37,286 nucleotides of DNA. Origin: a virus. Taxonomy: Duplodnaviria > Caudoviricetes. Every line of letters starts with the position of its first letter. Position 1 is the stretch's first letter. The translations under genes and the position numbers were made by a program. Location: IMG/VR virus record IMGVR_UViG_3300011339_000690, positions 1 through 37,286 of that record. One strand, 5' to 3'. Under the pieces are notes generated by a model. It did not search any database, was not told the DNA's origin, and saw nothing but the letters and a program-made list of their open reading frames with translations. Positions 27,996 to 36,156 of the stretch are shown piece after piece.

Positions 27996-28151
27996 CTAGT
28001 CGTCGTCCTCTTCTATCCAAAGCATATCGGTGTCATATCCCTGATACCGGACCATGGAATATATTTCCGCTTCCGCATGTTCACGCTCGAGATACTTCCC
28101 GATCACTTCCATTCCGTTTATATACCGACAATACAAAACGTAGACTGTCAT
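27996..28151 (-). CDS. Hypothetical 51-aa protein (not in ORF track)
   Basis: MTVYVLYCRYINGMEVIGKYLEREHAEAEI...IEEDDD; ATGA overlap, GGAG RBS. Confidence 0.65.
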   Translation of the reverse strand: MTVYVLYCRYINGMEVIGKYLEREHAEAEIYSMVRYQGYDTDMLWIEEDDD

Positions 28152-28360
28152 ACCATTCTCCCCGTGCTTTCCAGGTTACTAGTCAATGCCTTGCCTTCAC
28201 TGCCATCGCTCCAGCGTATCCTGGCAATGCACGGGCCATCCGGGCGCACGGGCTCGCCCAGGGATAGTATTGTTCCCCGCAGGAACGGTATCGGCCCCAT
28301 GATGTTCCCCGTACTCCGGCACCATTGGGCGCTATAGCGTACTGTGTCGCCTGGTTTCAT
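28148..28360 (-). CDS. Hypothetical small beta-barrel-like protein
   Basis: MKPGDTVRY...RGTI...IRWSDG; GGAGG RBS. Confidence 0.65.
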   Translation of the reverse strand: MKPGDTVRYSAQWCRSTGNIMGPIPFLRGTILSLGEPVRPDGPCIARIRWSDGSEGKALTSNLESTGRMV

Positions 28361-29043
28361 GCGGCCTCCCCGCGATAGAATACGCTTTCCGTTTTGCGTT
28401 TCATTGTCCCATGGGCCCTGAAACCGACGATAACGGCCCTATCCTGGCGTTGGCACAATCCACACGATGCACAAGTAACATCGTCCCTGGATTGTGCGGG
28501 GCACACTATGACAGTGCGGCCCGCGGGAGTGGCAAGCTTTTCTGGCGCGTCAATCGGCAACACTGTGACAACGGGACCGATACCCAGGTCCGATAGTTCA
28601 TCCGCTTGCGCCAGGTTATTTGCCGATAGATTAATCGTGAATCCCTGGCGGTTCGCCCAGTAAACCGCGCCCGCGTTGCGCCAGTCGGTCACCGGCTTGT
28701 GCGTGTAAGTGAATCCACGACGGCCGCGGTTCGCCCGTACCAGGTGCGCCAGTGCTGACCGATCAATAACGTCCCCGTCTCCTGGTAAATCCCCTACTTG
28801 TGCATGGCGCCACAGTTGGCCATCGTCCAGTCGCTCAACGGCCTGACAGTACTCTATCCAGGTGTACCCCCGCACGCCTGCAGTGACTTTACTCCAGTGC
28901 CAAGCCAACGGCCCGCCATCACCATAACAGCCATTCTTTTTTAGTGGGCACGCATCCGGGCACGACTGGCGCCCCATTGTGGATACCGGTATAGGTCCAG
29001 TTTTAGCGTTACCGCTCTTCAATGTGAAATGCACGTTTATCAT
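28357..29043 (-). CDS. Cys-rich putative Fe-S protein (DUF7227/Gp88-like from memory)
   Basis: SGNAKTG, CPDACPLKKNGCY, RHAQVGD, FTYTH, CPAQ...CASCGLC. Confidence 0.7.
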   Translation of the reverse strand: MINVHFTLKSGNAKTGPIPVSTMGRQSCPDACPLKKNGCYGDGGPLAWHWSKVTAGVRGYTWIEYCQAVERLDDGQLWRHAQVGDLPGDGDVIDRSALAHLVRANRGRRGFTYTHKPVTDWRNAGAVYWANRQGFTINLSANNLAQADELSDLGIGPVVTVLPIDAPEKLATPAGRTVIVCPAQSRDDVTCASCGLCQRQDRAVIVGFRAHGTMKRKTESVFYRGEAA

Positions 29044-29071
29044 TTACGTTTACCTTTACATTTACAGTTAC
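29043..29071. repeat. Five 6-bp-period (T/G)TTAC units abutting a start codon
   Basis: TTTAC at 29043, 29049, 29055 and 29061; GTTAC at 29067. Confidence 0.85.
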
Positions 29072-29073
29072 AG

Positions 29074-29093
29074 AAAAGGGGCCTAGTGGCCCC
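29074..29093 (-). terminator. Intrinsic terminator inside the early cassette
   Basis: GGGGCC-ACTA-GGCCCC followed by TTTT on the minus strand. Confidence 0.7.
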
Positions 29094-29109
29094 ATGGTGA
29101 GAGTACTAA

Positions 29110-29343
29110 TCAGAAGTGATGCGCTTCTTTAATGAATATTTCGCGCCCGTATACTTTGTGCTTGTCGCAGGATTGGCAAGGGACGCGCCAGGTATCTGGC
29201 TTTACGCCCAATTGAGTTTTTCCGCATGCCACGCAAAAGCCTTCATTGTCTGGCATTGACATTAGAAACTCGATTGATGGCTTGTATTGTGTCAACCCAA
29301 CACAATTAACATATTTTTGTTTGAGTGGTTTACGGGCCATCAC
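29110..29343 (-). CDS. Zn-ribbon protein
   Basis: GFCVACG...CQSCDKHKVYG. Confidence 0.7.
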   Translation of the reverse strand: MMARKPLKQKYVNCVGLTQYKPSIEFLMSMPDNEGFCVACGKTQLGVKPDTWRVPCQSCDKHKVYGREIFIKEAHHF

Positions 29344-29633
29344 TTACTCCCTTTGACGATATCGCGCACGACTGCACGCCAGTCGGCGCCATCGTATACG
29401 CGCTGGCTAGCGCGCCATTGCTTTTCATAGTCGTATCCCATCAATTCCAATGCCAATTGCGCCCGATACTGCGCCGCGTCAGTCTGCGCCCGACGATAGT
29501 TCACGGGTTGGCTATGTTGCGTTGGGCCATCAATACCTTTCCATGGCATCGTGACAACCCACTGGTTTACAAAACGGATAGGATATATATGTTTCTGCGC
29601 CAGGTGCAGCGCAAGGGTGATTTTCATAATCAC
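29340..29633 (-). CDS. Hypothetical early protein
   Basis: GTGA coupling on both sides; AAGGGG RBS. Confidence 0.65.
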   Translation of the reverse strand: MIMKITLALHLAQKHIYPIRFVNQWVVTMPWKGIDGPTQHSQPVNYRRAQTDAAQYRAQLALELMGYDYEKQWRASQRVYDGADWRAVVRDIVKGSK

Positions 29634-29926
29634 TTCCCCTTGCGTGCCGATACACGCACCACATGGAATGGTGTGCTGTACGTGGTGTGGGCAGTGATCA
29701 ATTGACGCGATGGCTCAAACTTCTGAGCGATAGTCTGCCAGTCTATCTTTTCCCGACCCGGACAGTACGACACACTAGCCCGCGCTAAGATACCATCGAT
29801 GGATTTTTCGCCGGTCGAGACCAGCATATCGCGAATATCCTTTTCGCGTTCCTGCAAACGTGCAATCTCAGCTTTAACTGCCAGTAATTCGTCGACATAC
29901 ATGGAAAAGGGAAGGATGCTATTCAT
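29630..29926 (-). CDS. Hypothetical early protein (coiled coil + beta region)
   Basis: DELLAVKAEIARLQEREKDIR...REKIDWQ. Confidence 0.7.
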   Translation of the reverse strand: MNSILPFSMYVDELLAVKAEIARLQEREKDIRDMLVSTGEKSIDGILARASVSYCPGREKIDWQTIAQKFEPSRQLITAHTTYSTPFHVVRVSARKGK

Positions 29927-29961
29927 GATTACTATTACCTTACTAGTTGTGTGGGTTTACG

Positions 29962-30063
29962 TTACTTAGTGAGTTCGAGAGCGAATACCGCTCCCATGGT
30001 TGCGAACAATGTTACGCCTATCAGCATTGCCAGCCACTCTGGCGGGTGTCCTTGGTCATTCAT
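29962..30063 (-). CDS. 33-aa single-TM peptide (not in ORF track)
   Basis: MNDQGHPPEWLAMLIGVTLFATMGAVFALELTK; GAGGA RBS. Confidence 0.55.
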   Translation of the reverse strand: MNDQGHPPEWLAMLIGVTLFATMGAVFALELTK

Positions 30064-30211
30064 GGGATTGATCCTCAATAGTGAATTGTGAGATAGCGTC
30101 GCGTTTCGTTTTGCCGAATTGTTTTCCGGCGTACACGTTATTTATACGTCTCGTGCAAAACCATCCTTCTATTCCGTTATACGTTACTCGCTCGAAAGAA
30201 TAAGTGACCAT
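30056..30211 (-). CDS. Hypothetical 51-aa early protein (not in ORF track)
   Basis: MVTYSFERVTYNGIEGWFCTRRINNVYAGKQFGKTKRDAISQF...; RBS AAGGGGACACACAATG. Confidence 0.65.
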   Translation of the reverse strand: MVTYSFERVTYNGIEGWFCTRRINNVYAGKQFGKTKRDAISQFTIEDQSHE

Positions 30212-30222
30212 TGTGTGTCCCC

Positions 30223-30408
30223 TTATGGCAGTTTGCGGACTGGCATCCAGACCGTGTCGTTGTGGAGGTTGGCGAAAAAATCCAATAGGTCAGCTTGTGT
30301 ACCGTCGTAGTCCGTGTCCTGAAGAGCGGTAGCCAGTCCATGTACACGGAAAGTCTGATAGACAGTGAGCCAGTGTGCCTTCGTGGTTTGCCTTGCTTGC
30401 GGTTCCAT
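30223..30408 (-). CDS. Hypothetical 61-aa first early protein
   Basis: RBS AAGGGGATCACAATG; directly downstream of the promoter. Confidence 0.65.
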   Translation of the reverse strand: MEPQARQTTKAHWLTVYQTFRVHGLATALQDTDYDGTQADLLDFFANLHNDTVWMPVRKLP

Positions 30409-30442
30409 TGTGATCCCCTTGGTTCGCGTTGTTGATGAATCA

Positions 30443-30471
30443 ACTATATCACTGTGTGTCACAGTGTGCAA
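30443..30471 (-). promoter_or_regulatory. sigma70 early promoter with palindromic operator in the spacer
   Basis: TTGCAC-N17-TATAGT with extended TG; CACTGTG-N3-CACAGTG at 30450-30466. Confidence 0.75.
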
Positions 30472-30656
30472 CATATATAAGCAGTCTTTTGATGCTTTGC
30501 GTGTACTTTGTGTCACTGTGACAATTTGACTCAGTTTCGGGATATCGATTTGCGGAAAAATGGATTTGCCCGCGATTAAAAAAATAGAGTTAACCTACCA
30601 TCTTACGCATGTGGGAGTTTGTCACACCTGGACGATACCGCGGCCCATTTTCTCCC

Positions 30657-30857
30657 CGAATGTGACAATGTGACGGGATCACGCACACTCAATCCCCTGG
30701 ATCACCTGGATCACCTGGATCACCTGGATCACGCACACTCAATCCCCTGGATCACCTGGATCACATGCACGAATGTGACAATGTGACGGGAAGGTACCGA
30801 TTGCGACACCGTGACGGGATCACGCATCGCGTATCACAGTGCGCCAATGTGACGGGA
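30657..30857. repeat. Nested repeat array: 22-bp CGAATGTGACAATGTGACGGGA x2, CCTGGATCA x6, CACTCAATCCCC x2
   Basis: 22-mers at 30657 and 30770; 9-mers at 30696, 30705, 30714, 30723, 30746 and 30755. Confidence 0.92.
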
Positions 30858-30931
30858 AACGGGTCTGCAGGCTCTCGAGCCTATCGAGGCATGCTGTCCC
30901 CTGGAGCGGATTGCATGGGATACCCTAGCAA

Positions 30932-31030
30932 AATCAATATGTTACGCGCATGCATGCTCGAGCCTGCGTGCTCTCGAGCCTATTGCGCCTATGCATGCAT
31001 GCGAAAAAAGCCAATAAAATCAAAGGCTTG
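30932..31030 (+). promoter_or_regulatory. Two IHF consensus sites
   Basis: AATCAAtatgTTA (30932-30944) and AATCAAaggcTTG (31018-31030) both match WATCAANNNNTTR. Confidence 0.65.
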
Positions 31031-31267
31031 CGAGCCCGCGGGTCGATGCGTGCCGACCCGGGGCGGCCAGGGCCAAAGAGGGCGGGGCGGTACTAGTGTT
31101 AACCCCCCAGACACAATTTTTTATTTTTTCAAATGACTCTCGTTGCACATCGTCCAACACTGTCCACCTGCGACAAAGTCACTCAATCCCCATACCTTCA
31201 ACCGTGCTACACTGAACAACACGTTCCATATTCCACATTTCCACCTTTCCACTCTTGGAGGTATTCA

Positions 31268-31834
31268 ATGGAATTGGCACCATCGTTACCGTCATGGTTG
31301 TCTGCCGATACAGTCGATCCGTCACACTCGTCCGATCTCGACAAGCGCAAGCCATCGCCCGAAACACGGGAAATGCTGCACTCTCAGTACGAGTACGTTT
31401 TCATGCGTGTCATCTCCGAAATGGCGCGAGGTCAGCCGCTCCATCAGATCCTCGCCCAAGAGGGCCGCACACTGGACTACAACGACTTCTATCGTTGGAT
31501 GAAGAAAGATCCGCAGCGCCAAGCCCTGTTCCAGGAGGCGCAAGAACTGCGGTCTGAGTTCCACGCGGGCGAGATCCTGCAGATCGCCGATGCAGCCGAC
31601 AGTCTCGAGGACGTCCAGCGCTCCCGTCTGCGTATCGAGACACGACGCTGGCTCATGGGCGCGCACAATAAGAAGCGCTATGGTGAGACGAAGCAGATCG
31701 AGTTGAACACCAACATCTCGATCACCGACGCACTGGCGCAGGCCACCGCCCGAGCCGTCCAGGGTGAGGTGATCGAGCACTCACCCCTCGACTCGCTCAA
31801 CCCCCTCACTTTCCAGCCGTACGAGCAGGAGTAA
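31268..31834 (+). CDS. terS: Terminase small subunit (Sf6-like HTH type)
   Basis: GGAGGT RBS; MARGQPLHQIL...FYRWM, EILQIAD, VQRSRLRIETRRWLM...KRYGE. Confidence 0.85.
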   Translation: MELAPSLPSWLSADTVDPSHSSDLDKRKPSPETREMLHSQYEYVFMRVISEMARGQPLHQILAQEGRTLDYNDFYRWMKKDPQRQALFQEAQELRSEFHAGEILQIADAADSLEDVQRSRLRIETRRWLMGAHNKKRYGETKQIELNTNISITDALAQATARAVQGEVIEHSPLDSLNPLTFQPYEQE

Positions 31835-31843
31835 CCCCGCATC

Positions 31844-33379
31844 ATGCAGAAGCCCCGTTACAGTCCCCAGGACGAGCAGAAGCTGATGAGCACCCTGTGG
31901 TCGCCGTTCATCAAGGACGACCCGGAGGCGTTCGTCATGTTCGCGTTCCCCTGGGGCCAGCCCGGCACCCCACTGGCGCACTTCAAAGGGCCTCGCACAT
32001 GGCAGCGTCAGGTGCTCAGGCAGATCAGGGAGCACGTCCAGAAGAACGGCTCGGCACCCGTCGACATGGTCGAGATGATGCGCCTCGCCCGCTCGTCAGG
32101 CCGTGGGATAGGTAAGTCTGCCCTGGTCAGTTGGCTGATCCTGTGGATGCTCAGCACGCGCCTGGGATCGTCAGTGATCATCAGCGCTAACACCGAGTCG
32201 CAGCTCCGTAAGGTCACATGGGGTGAGTTGGTCAAGTGGGTCGCTATGGCCATCAACAGCCACTGGTGGGAGCCCACGGCCACCACCCTGACCCCCGCGG
32301 CATGGCTGACTGAGCTGGTGGAGCGTGACCTCAAGATGGGTACCCGGCAGTGGAGCGCTGACGGTAAGCTGTGGTCCGAGGAGAACCCGGACGGGTACGC
32401 GGGTAACCACAACCACAATGGCATGATGGTCATCTTCGACGAGGCCAGCGGTATCCCCGACAGTATCTGGTCCGTTGCTGCCGGGTACTTCACCGAGCCG
32501 ATACCCGACAGGTACTGGTTCGCGTTCAGTAACCCTCGCCGCAACCAGGGGTACTTCTTCGAGTGTTTCAACAGCAAGCGGGACTTTTGGGCGGCTGAGA
32601 TCATCGACGCCCGCACGGTCGAAGGGACCGACAAGAACTACTACCAGCAGATCATCAACGAGTATGGTGAGGACTCGAACGAGGCGCGGATCGAGGTGTA
32701 CGGTGACTTCCCTGCTGATGCTGACGGTCAGTTTATTAGCCCTGCGTTGGTCGATGGCGCGGCGGGTCGTGATCCACACGATGACGATCTTGCTCCTGTT
32801 GTCATTGGGGTTGATCCTGCTCGCTCTGGTGCTGATAAGACAGTGGTTGCCATCAGACGGGGGAGAGACCTGGTAGAGATCCGGCGGTTCAGTGGGGACG
32901 ACACCATGGTCACCGTGGGGCGTATCATCGACATCATCGAGGAGTTCAAGCCCGCCCTGGTCAACGTCGACGAGGGTGGCCTCGGGTATGGCATCGTTGA
33001 CCGACTCAAGGAGCAGCGCTACAAGGTGGTCAAGGGTGTCAACTTCGGATGGAAGAGCAAGAACCCGGCAGCGTGGCTGAATAAGAGAGCGGAAATGTGG
33101 GGAACGATGCGCGACTGGCTAAGGTCTGCTAGTATTCCTGCAGACAGGCTACTTAAAGTGGACCTGACGGGGCCTATGATGAAGCCCAATTCCTCTGGAG
33201 CGATCCAGTTGGAGAGCAAGAAAGAGATGAAGTCGCGGGGGATGGCATCGCCAGACTCCGCTGACGCATTGGCGTTGACGTTCGCGTTCCCTGTAGCCTC
33301 ACCAGAGCGGCTGAAGGCCAAGAAGAGCAGGGTTGGGGCGTATCAGGGCCACATGACAACAAGCTGGATGGGTGCGTGA
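31844..33379 (+). CDS. terL: Terminase large subunit
   Basis: Walker A SGRGIGKS, Walker B VIFDEAS, coupling FSNP, nuclease GVDPAR and SPDSADAL. Confidence 0.95.
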   Translation: MQKPRYSPQDEQKLMSTLWSPFIKDDPEAFVMFAFPWGQPGTPLAHFKGPRTWQRQVLRQIREHVQKNGSAPVDMVEMMRLARSSGRGIGKSALVSWLILWMLSTRLGSSVIISANTESQLRKVTWGELVKWVAMAINSHWWEPTATTLTPAAWLTELVERDLKMGTRQWSADGKLWSEENPDGYAGNHNHNGMMVIFDEASGIPDSIWSVAAGYFTEPIPDRYWFAFSNPRRNQGYFFECFNSKRDFWAAEIIDARTVEGTDKNYYQQIINEYGEDSNEARIEVYGDFPADADGQFISPALVDGAAGRDPHDDDLAPVVIGVDPARSGADKTVVAIRRGRDLVEIRRFSGDDTMVTVGRIIDIIEEFKPALVNVDEGGLGYGIVDRLKEQRYKVVKGVNFGWKSKNPAAWLNKRAEMWGTMRDWLRSASIPADRLLKVDLTGPMMKPNSSGAIQLESKKEMKSRGMASPDSADALALTFAFPVASPERLKAKKSRVGAYQGHMTTSWMGA

Positions 33380-33675
33380 TGGCCGAGAAGAAGCGCGACA
33401 AGCCGATCCCCAAGACCACCAAGGGTAAGGGTGCCAACTACCGTCCGACTAAGGAAGGCGCTGGCATGACCAAGAAAGGGGTAGAAGCCTACAAACGGGC
33501 TAACCCTGGTTCCAAGCTCCAGACAGCCGTCACTGAGGACAAGCCTACGGGCAAGCGGGCTGAACGCCGTAAATCCTATTGTGCAAGGTCGGCAGGGCAG
33601 ATGAAACAGCACCCTGAAGCGGCCAAAGACCCCAATTCCAGACTCAGACAAGCTCGTAAAAGGTGGAAATGCTAA
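33379..33675 (+). CDS. Small basic Lys-rich protein
   Basis: 18 Lys in 98 aa; TGATG coupling to terL. Confidence 0.8.
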   Translation: MAEKKRDKPIPKTTKGKGANYRPTKEGAGMTKKGVEAYKRANPGSKLQTAVTEDKPTGKRAERRKSYCARSAGQMKQHPEAAKDPNSRLRQARKRWKC

Positions 33676-33851
33676 TGGCCAAGCCAGGTTTGTACGCAAA
33701 TATCAACGCCAAGAAAGAACGTATCAAGGCCGGTTCCGGTGAAAAGATGCGTAAACCCGGATCAAAAGGCGCTCCTACGGACAAAGCGTTCAAGGAAAGC
33801 GCCAAGACGGCTAAAAAGCCCATGAAGTCGAGGAAATGCGCATGCCGCTGA
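33675..33851 (+). CDS. Small basic Lys-rich protein
   Basis: 14 Lys in 58 aa; TAATG coupling. Confidence 0.75.
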   Translation: MAKPGLYANINAKKERIKAGSGEKMRKPGSKGAPTDKAFKESAKTAKKPMKSRKCACR

Positions 33852-34000
33852 TTAAATCTGGCTCAAAAAAGGCGTTTCGTGAGAACGTGAAGGCCGAGAT
33901 TGCTGCTGGTAAACCCCAAAAGCAGGCCGTAGCCATTGCCTATTCCACCAAGCGTAAGGCTGAAGGCAAGAAAGCCGCCCCTAAACCCAAGAAGAAGTGA
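33842..34000 (+). CDS. Small basic Lys-rich protein (52 aa, not in ORF track)
   Basis: MPLIKSGSKKAFRENVKAEIAAGKPQKQAVAIAYSTKRKAEGKKAAPKPKKK; GAGG RBS. Confidence 0.8.
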   Translation: MPLIKSGSKKAFRENVKAEIAAGKPQKQAVAIAYSTKRKAEGKKAAPKPKKK

Positions 34001-34002
34001 CC

Positions 34003-36156
34003 ATGGCTGATCAAACAGGCATTCAGACGGCAGGCAGAGTCTCCAACGGGGGCAAAGAGAAGCAGAGCAGCGAAGATACGCTCTCTACCATGCGTCATCG
34101 CCTGCAAATGGCAGTGGCTGCGTTCTCCGAAAGCCGGGAGGATGAGGTAGACGACCTGCGTTTTTACGCTGGATCGCCTGACAACCAGTGGCAGTGGCCT
34201 GCTGACGTATTGCAGACCCGTGGTGCTGTCCAAGGGCAGACCATCAACGCCCGTCCCTGTTTGACCATTAACAAACTTCCTCAACACGTCCGTCAGGTTA
34301 CCAACGACCAGCGTCAGCATCGGCCCTCGGGCAAGGTCATCCCTGCCAACGACCAAGCTGATCTGGAAGTGGCCGAGATCCTGAACGGTATTGTCCGGCA
34401 CATCGAGTACATGAGTGATGCCGATGTGGCCTATGACACCGCCTGCGAAAACCAGGTGACCTATGGTGAGGGCTACATCCGGGTATTGACCGAATACATC
34501 GATGAAATGTCTTTTGATCAGGACATCAAGATTGGCCGTATTCGTAACAGCTTCTCGGTCTACATGGACCCGATGATCCAAGACCCTTGTGGCGCTGATG
34601 CCCAGTGGTGCTTGATCACGCAGGACATTACCAAGGCTGAATATGAGCGTCTGTATCCCAACGCAGCGCCTATCACCAGCATCCTTGCCCAGGGTGTGGG
34701 CGATCCCTCGGTATCCGACTGGATCAACGAGGATACGGTTCGTATCGCTGAGTACTTCTACATTGAGCACAAGAAATCCACGCTGAACCTGTATCCCAAC
34801 AACATCACGGCGTTTGCTGGCTCACCCGAGGCCAAGCGCATTGAAATGATGGGGTTGAAGCCCCTGAAGACCCGCGAATCTGCCCGCAAGATGGTGAAAT
34901 GGGGCAAGACCAACGGTTTTGAGTTCCTTGAAGGCCCGCAAGATTGGGCTGGTCAGCACATCCCCGTGGTACGGGTGGTGGGCAATGAGTTTGAGGTGGA
35001 TGGCAAGATTTACCTGTCTGGTATCGTCCGGAACGCCAAGGATGCGCAACGGATGTACAACTACTGGGTATCCGCAGAGACAGAAATGCTTGCCTTGGCT
35101 CCCAAAGCCCCGTTCATTGGTTACGGTGGGCAGTTTGAGGGTTATGAGTACCAGTGGAAGACGGCCAATACGAACAACTGGCCGTACCTGGAGGTCAACC
35201 CCGATGTTACCGATGCCCAAGGCGGGATGTTGCCGTTGCCCCAACGTGCTGCCCCACCTCTCCCCCAAACCGGCTTGATCCAAGCCAAAATGGGTGCTTC
35301 TGACGACATCAAGTCCACAACTGGGCAATACGATGCGTCCCTCGGTATGGCAGGTAACGAACGATCTGGTAAGGCCATCATTGCCCGTGAGCGTCAGGCT
35401 GATACCGGTACCTACCACTTTGTGGACAACCTTGCCCGTGCTGTCCGGCACGTCACCAGGATCATCATTGACCTGATCCCCAAGTATTACGACACCCAAC
35501 GGATAGCGCGGATCATTGGGGTGGATGGCGATACCAAGATGGCCAAGATCGACCCTAGCCAGCCGATGCCGGTACGGGCCATCAAGGACATGGAAACGGG
35601 TGCTACTATTGAGAAGATATACAACCCGTCTGTCGGTAAGTATGACGTGGTGGTGACCACTGGCCCGAACTACATGACCAAGCGTCAAGAGGCTCTGGAG
35701 TCCATGGCGCAGCTTCTGCAAGGCAACCCGCAGTTGTGGGCTGTGGCTGGTGACCTGTTCGTCAAAAACATGGATTGGCCGGGTGCTCAGGAAATGGCGA
35801 AGCGGTTTGAGAAGACCATCGATCCGATGATCATTTCGGATGATGACAAGCCGCCAGCATTGCAAGCCGCTGAACAGCAGATCCAGCAGCTGCAGGGCCA
35901 GTTGCAACAGATGATGGGTATGCTCCAGAACGTCAACAACTCTATGGAAGCGCAGGAGTTGCGGATCAAGGAGTACGATGCTGAGACGAAACGTATCAGT
36001 GCGGTACAGGCCGGGATGACGCCTGAACAGATACAAGACATAGTGCAGGGTACGTTGGCTGCTGCCTTGGAAAGCGGTGATCTGATGCAACCACAGATGC
36101 CGGAAATACAACCTCAACAATTGATGGGCGAACAACCGCCTGAAGGGATGATGTGA
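34003..36156 (+). CDS. Portal protein (P22 gp1-like)
   Basis: DDLRFY..NQW, RPCLTINKL, GIVRNAKDAQRMYNY, GKYDVVVTTGPNYMTKRQE; Gln-rich barrel tail. Confidence 0.93.
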   Translation: MADQTGIQTAGRVSNGGKEKQSSEDTLSTMRHRLQMAVAAFSESREDEVDDLRFYAGSPDNQWQWPADVLQTRGAVQGQTINARPCLTINKLPQHVRQVTNDQRQHRPSGKVIPANDQADLEVAEILNGIVRHIEYMSDADVAYDTACENQVTYGEGYIRVLTEYIDEMSFDQDIKIGRIRNSFSVYMDPMIQDPCGADAQWCLITQDITKAEYERLYPNAAPITSILAQGVGDPSVSDWINEDTVRIAEYFYIEHKKSTLNLYPNNITAFAGSPEAKRIEMMGLKPLKTRESARKMVKWGKTNGFEFLEGPQDWAGQHIPVVRVVGNEFEVDGKIYLSGIVRNAKDAQRMYNYWVSAETEMLALAPKAPFIGYGGQFEGYEYQWKTANTNNWPYLEVNPDVTDAQGGMLPLPQRAAPPLPQTGLIQAKMGASDDIKSTTGQYDASLGMAGNERSGKAIIARERQADTGTYHFVDNLARAVRHVTRIIIDLIPKYYDTQRIARIIGVDGDTKMAKIDPSQPMPVRAIKDMETGATIEKIYNPSVGKYDVVVTTGPNYMTKRQEALESMAQLLQGNPQLWAVAGDLFVKNMDWPGAQEMAKRFEKTIDPMIISDDDKPPALQAAEQQIQQLQGQLQQMMGMLQNVNNSMEAQELRIKEYDAETKRISAVQAGMTPEQIQDIVQGTLAAALESGDLMQPQMPEIQPQQLMGEQPPEGMM

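Noticed and set aside
30657-30791. Possible mini-CRISPR array (two 22-bp repeats)
   Set aside because: The 91-bp interval is itself repetitive, there are no unique spacers, and there is no cas operon. DUF2800 is a Cas4-like replication nuclease.
30541-31103. Polylinker-like density of 6-bp palindromes (possible restriction decoy or cloning artefact)
   Set aside because: Much of the excess comes from the GCAT and CTCGAG repeats already described; the remainder is near chance expectation
30765-31136. 123-aa ORF, and the upstream extension of terS from 31133
   Set aside because: They run through the repeat/regulatory block; the strong GGAGGT RBS supports a start at 31268
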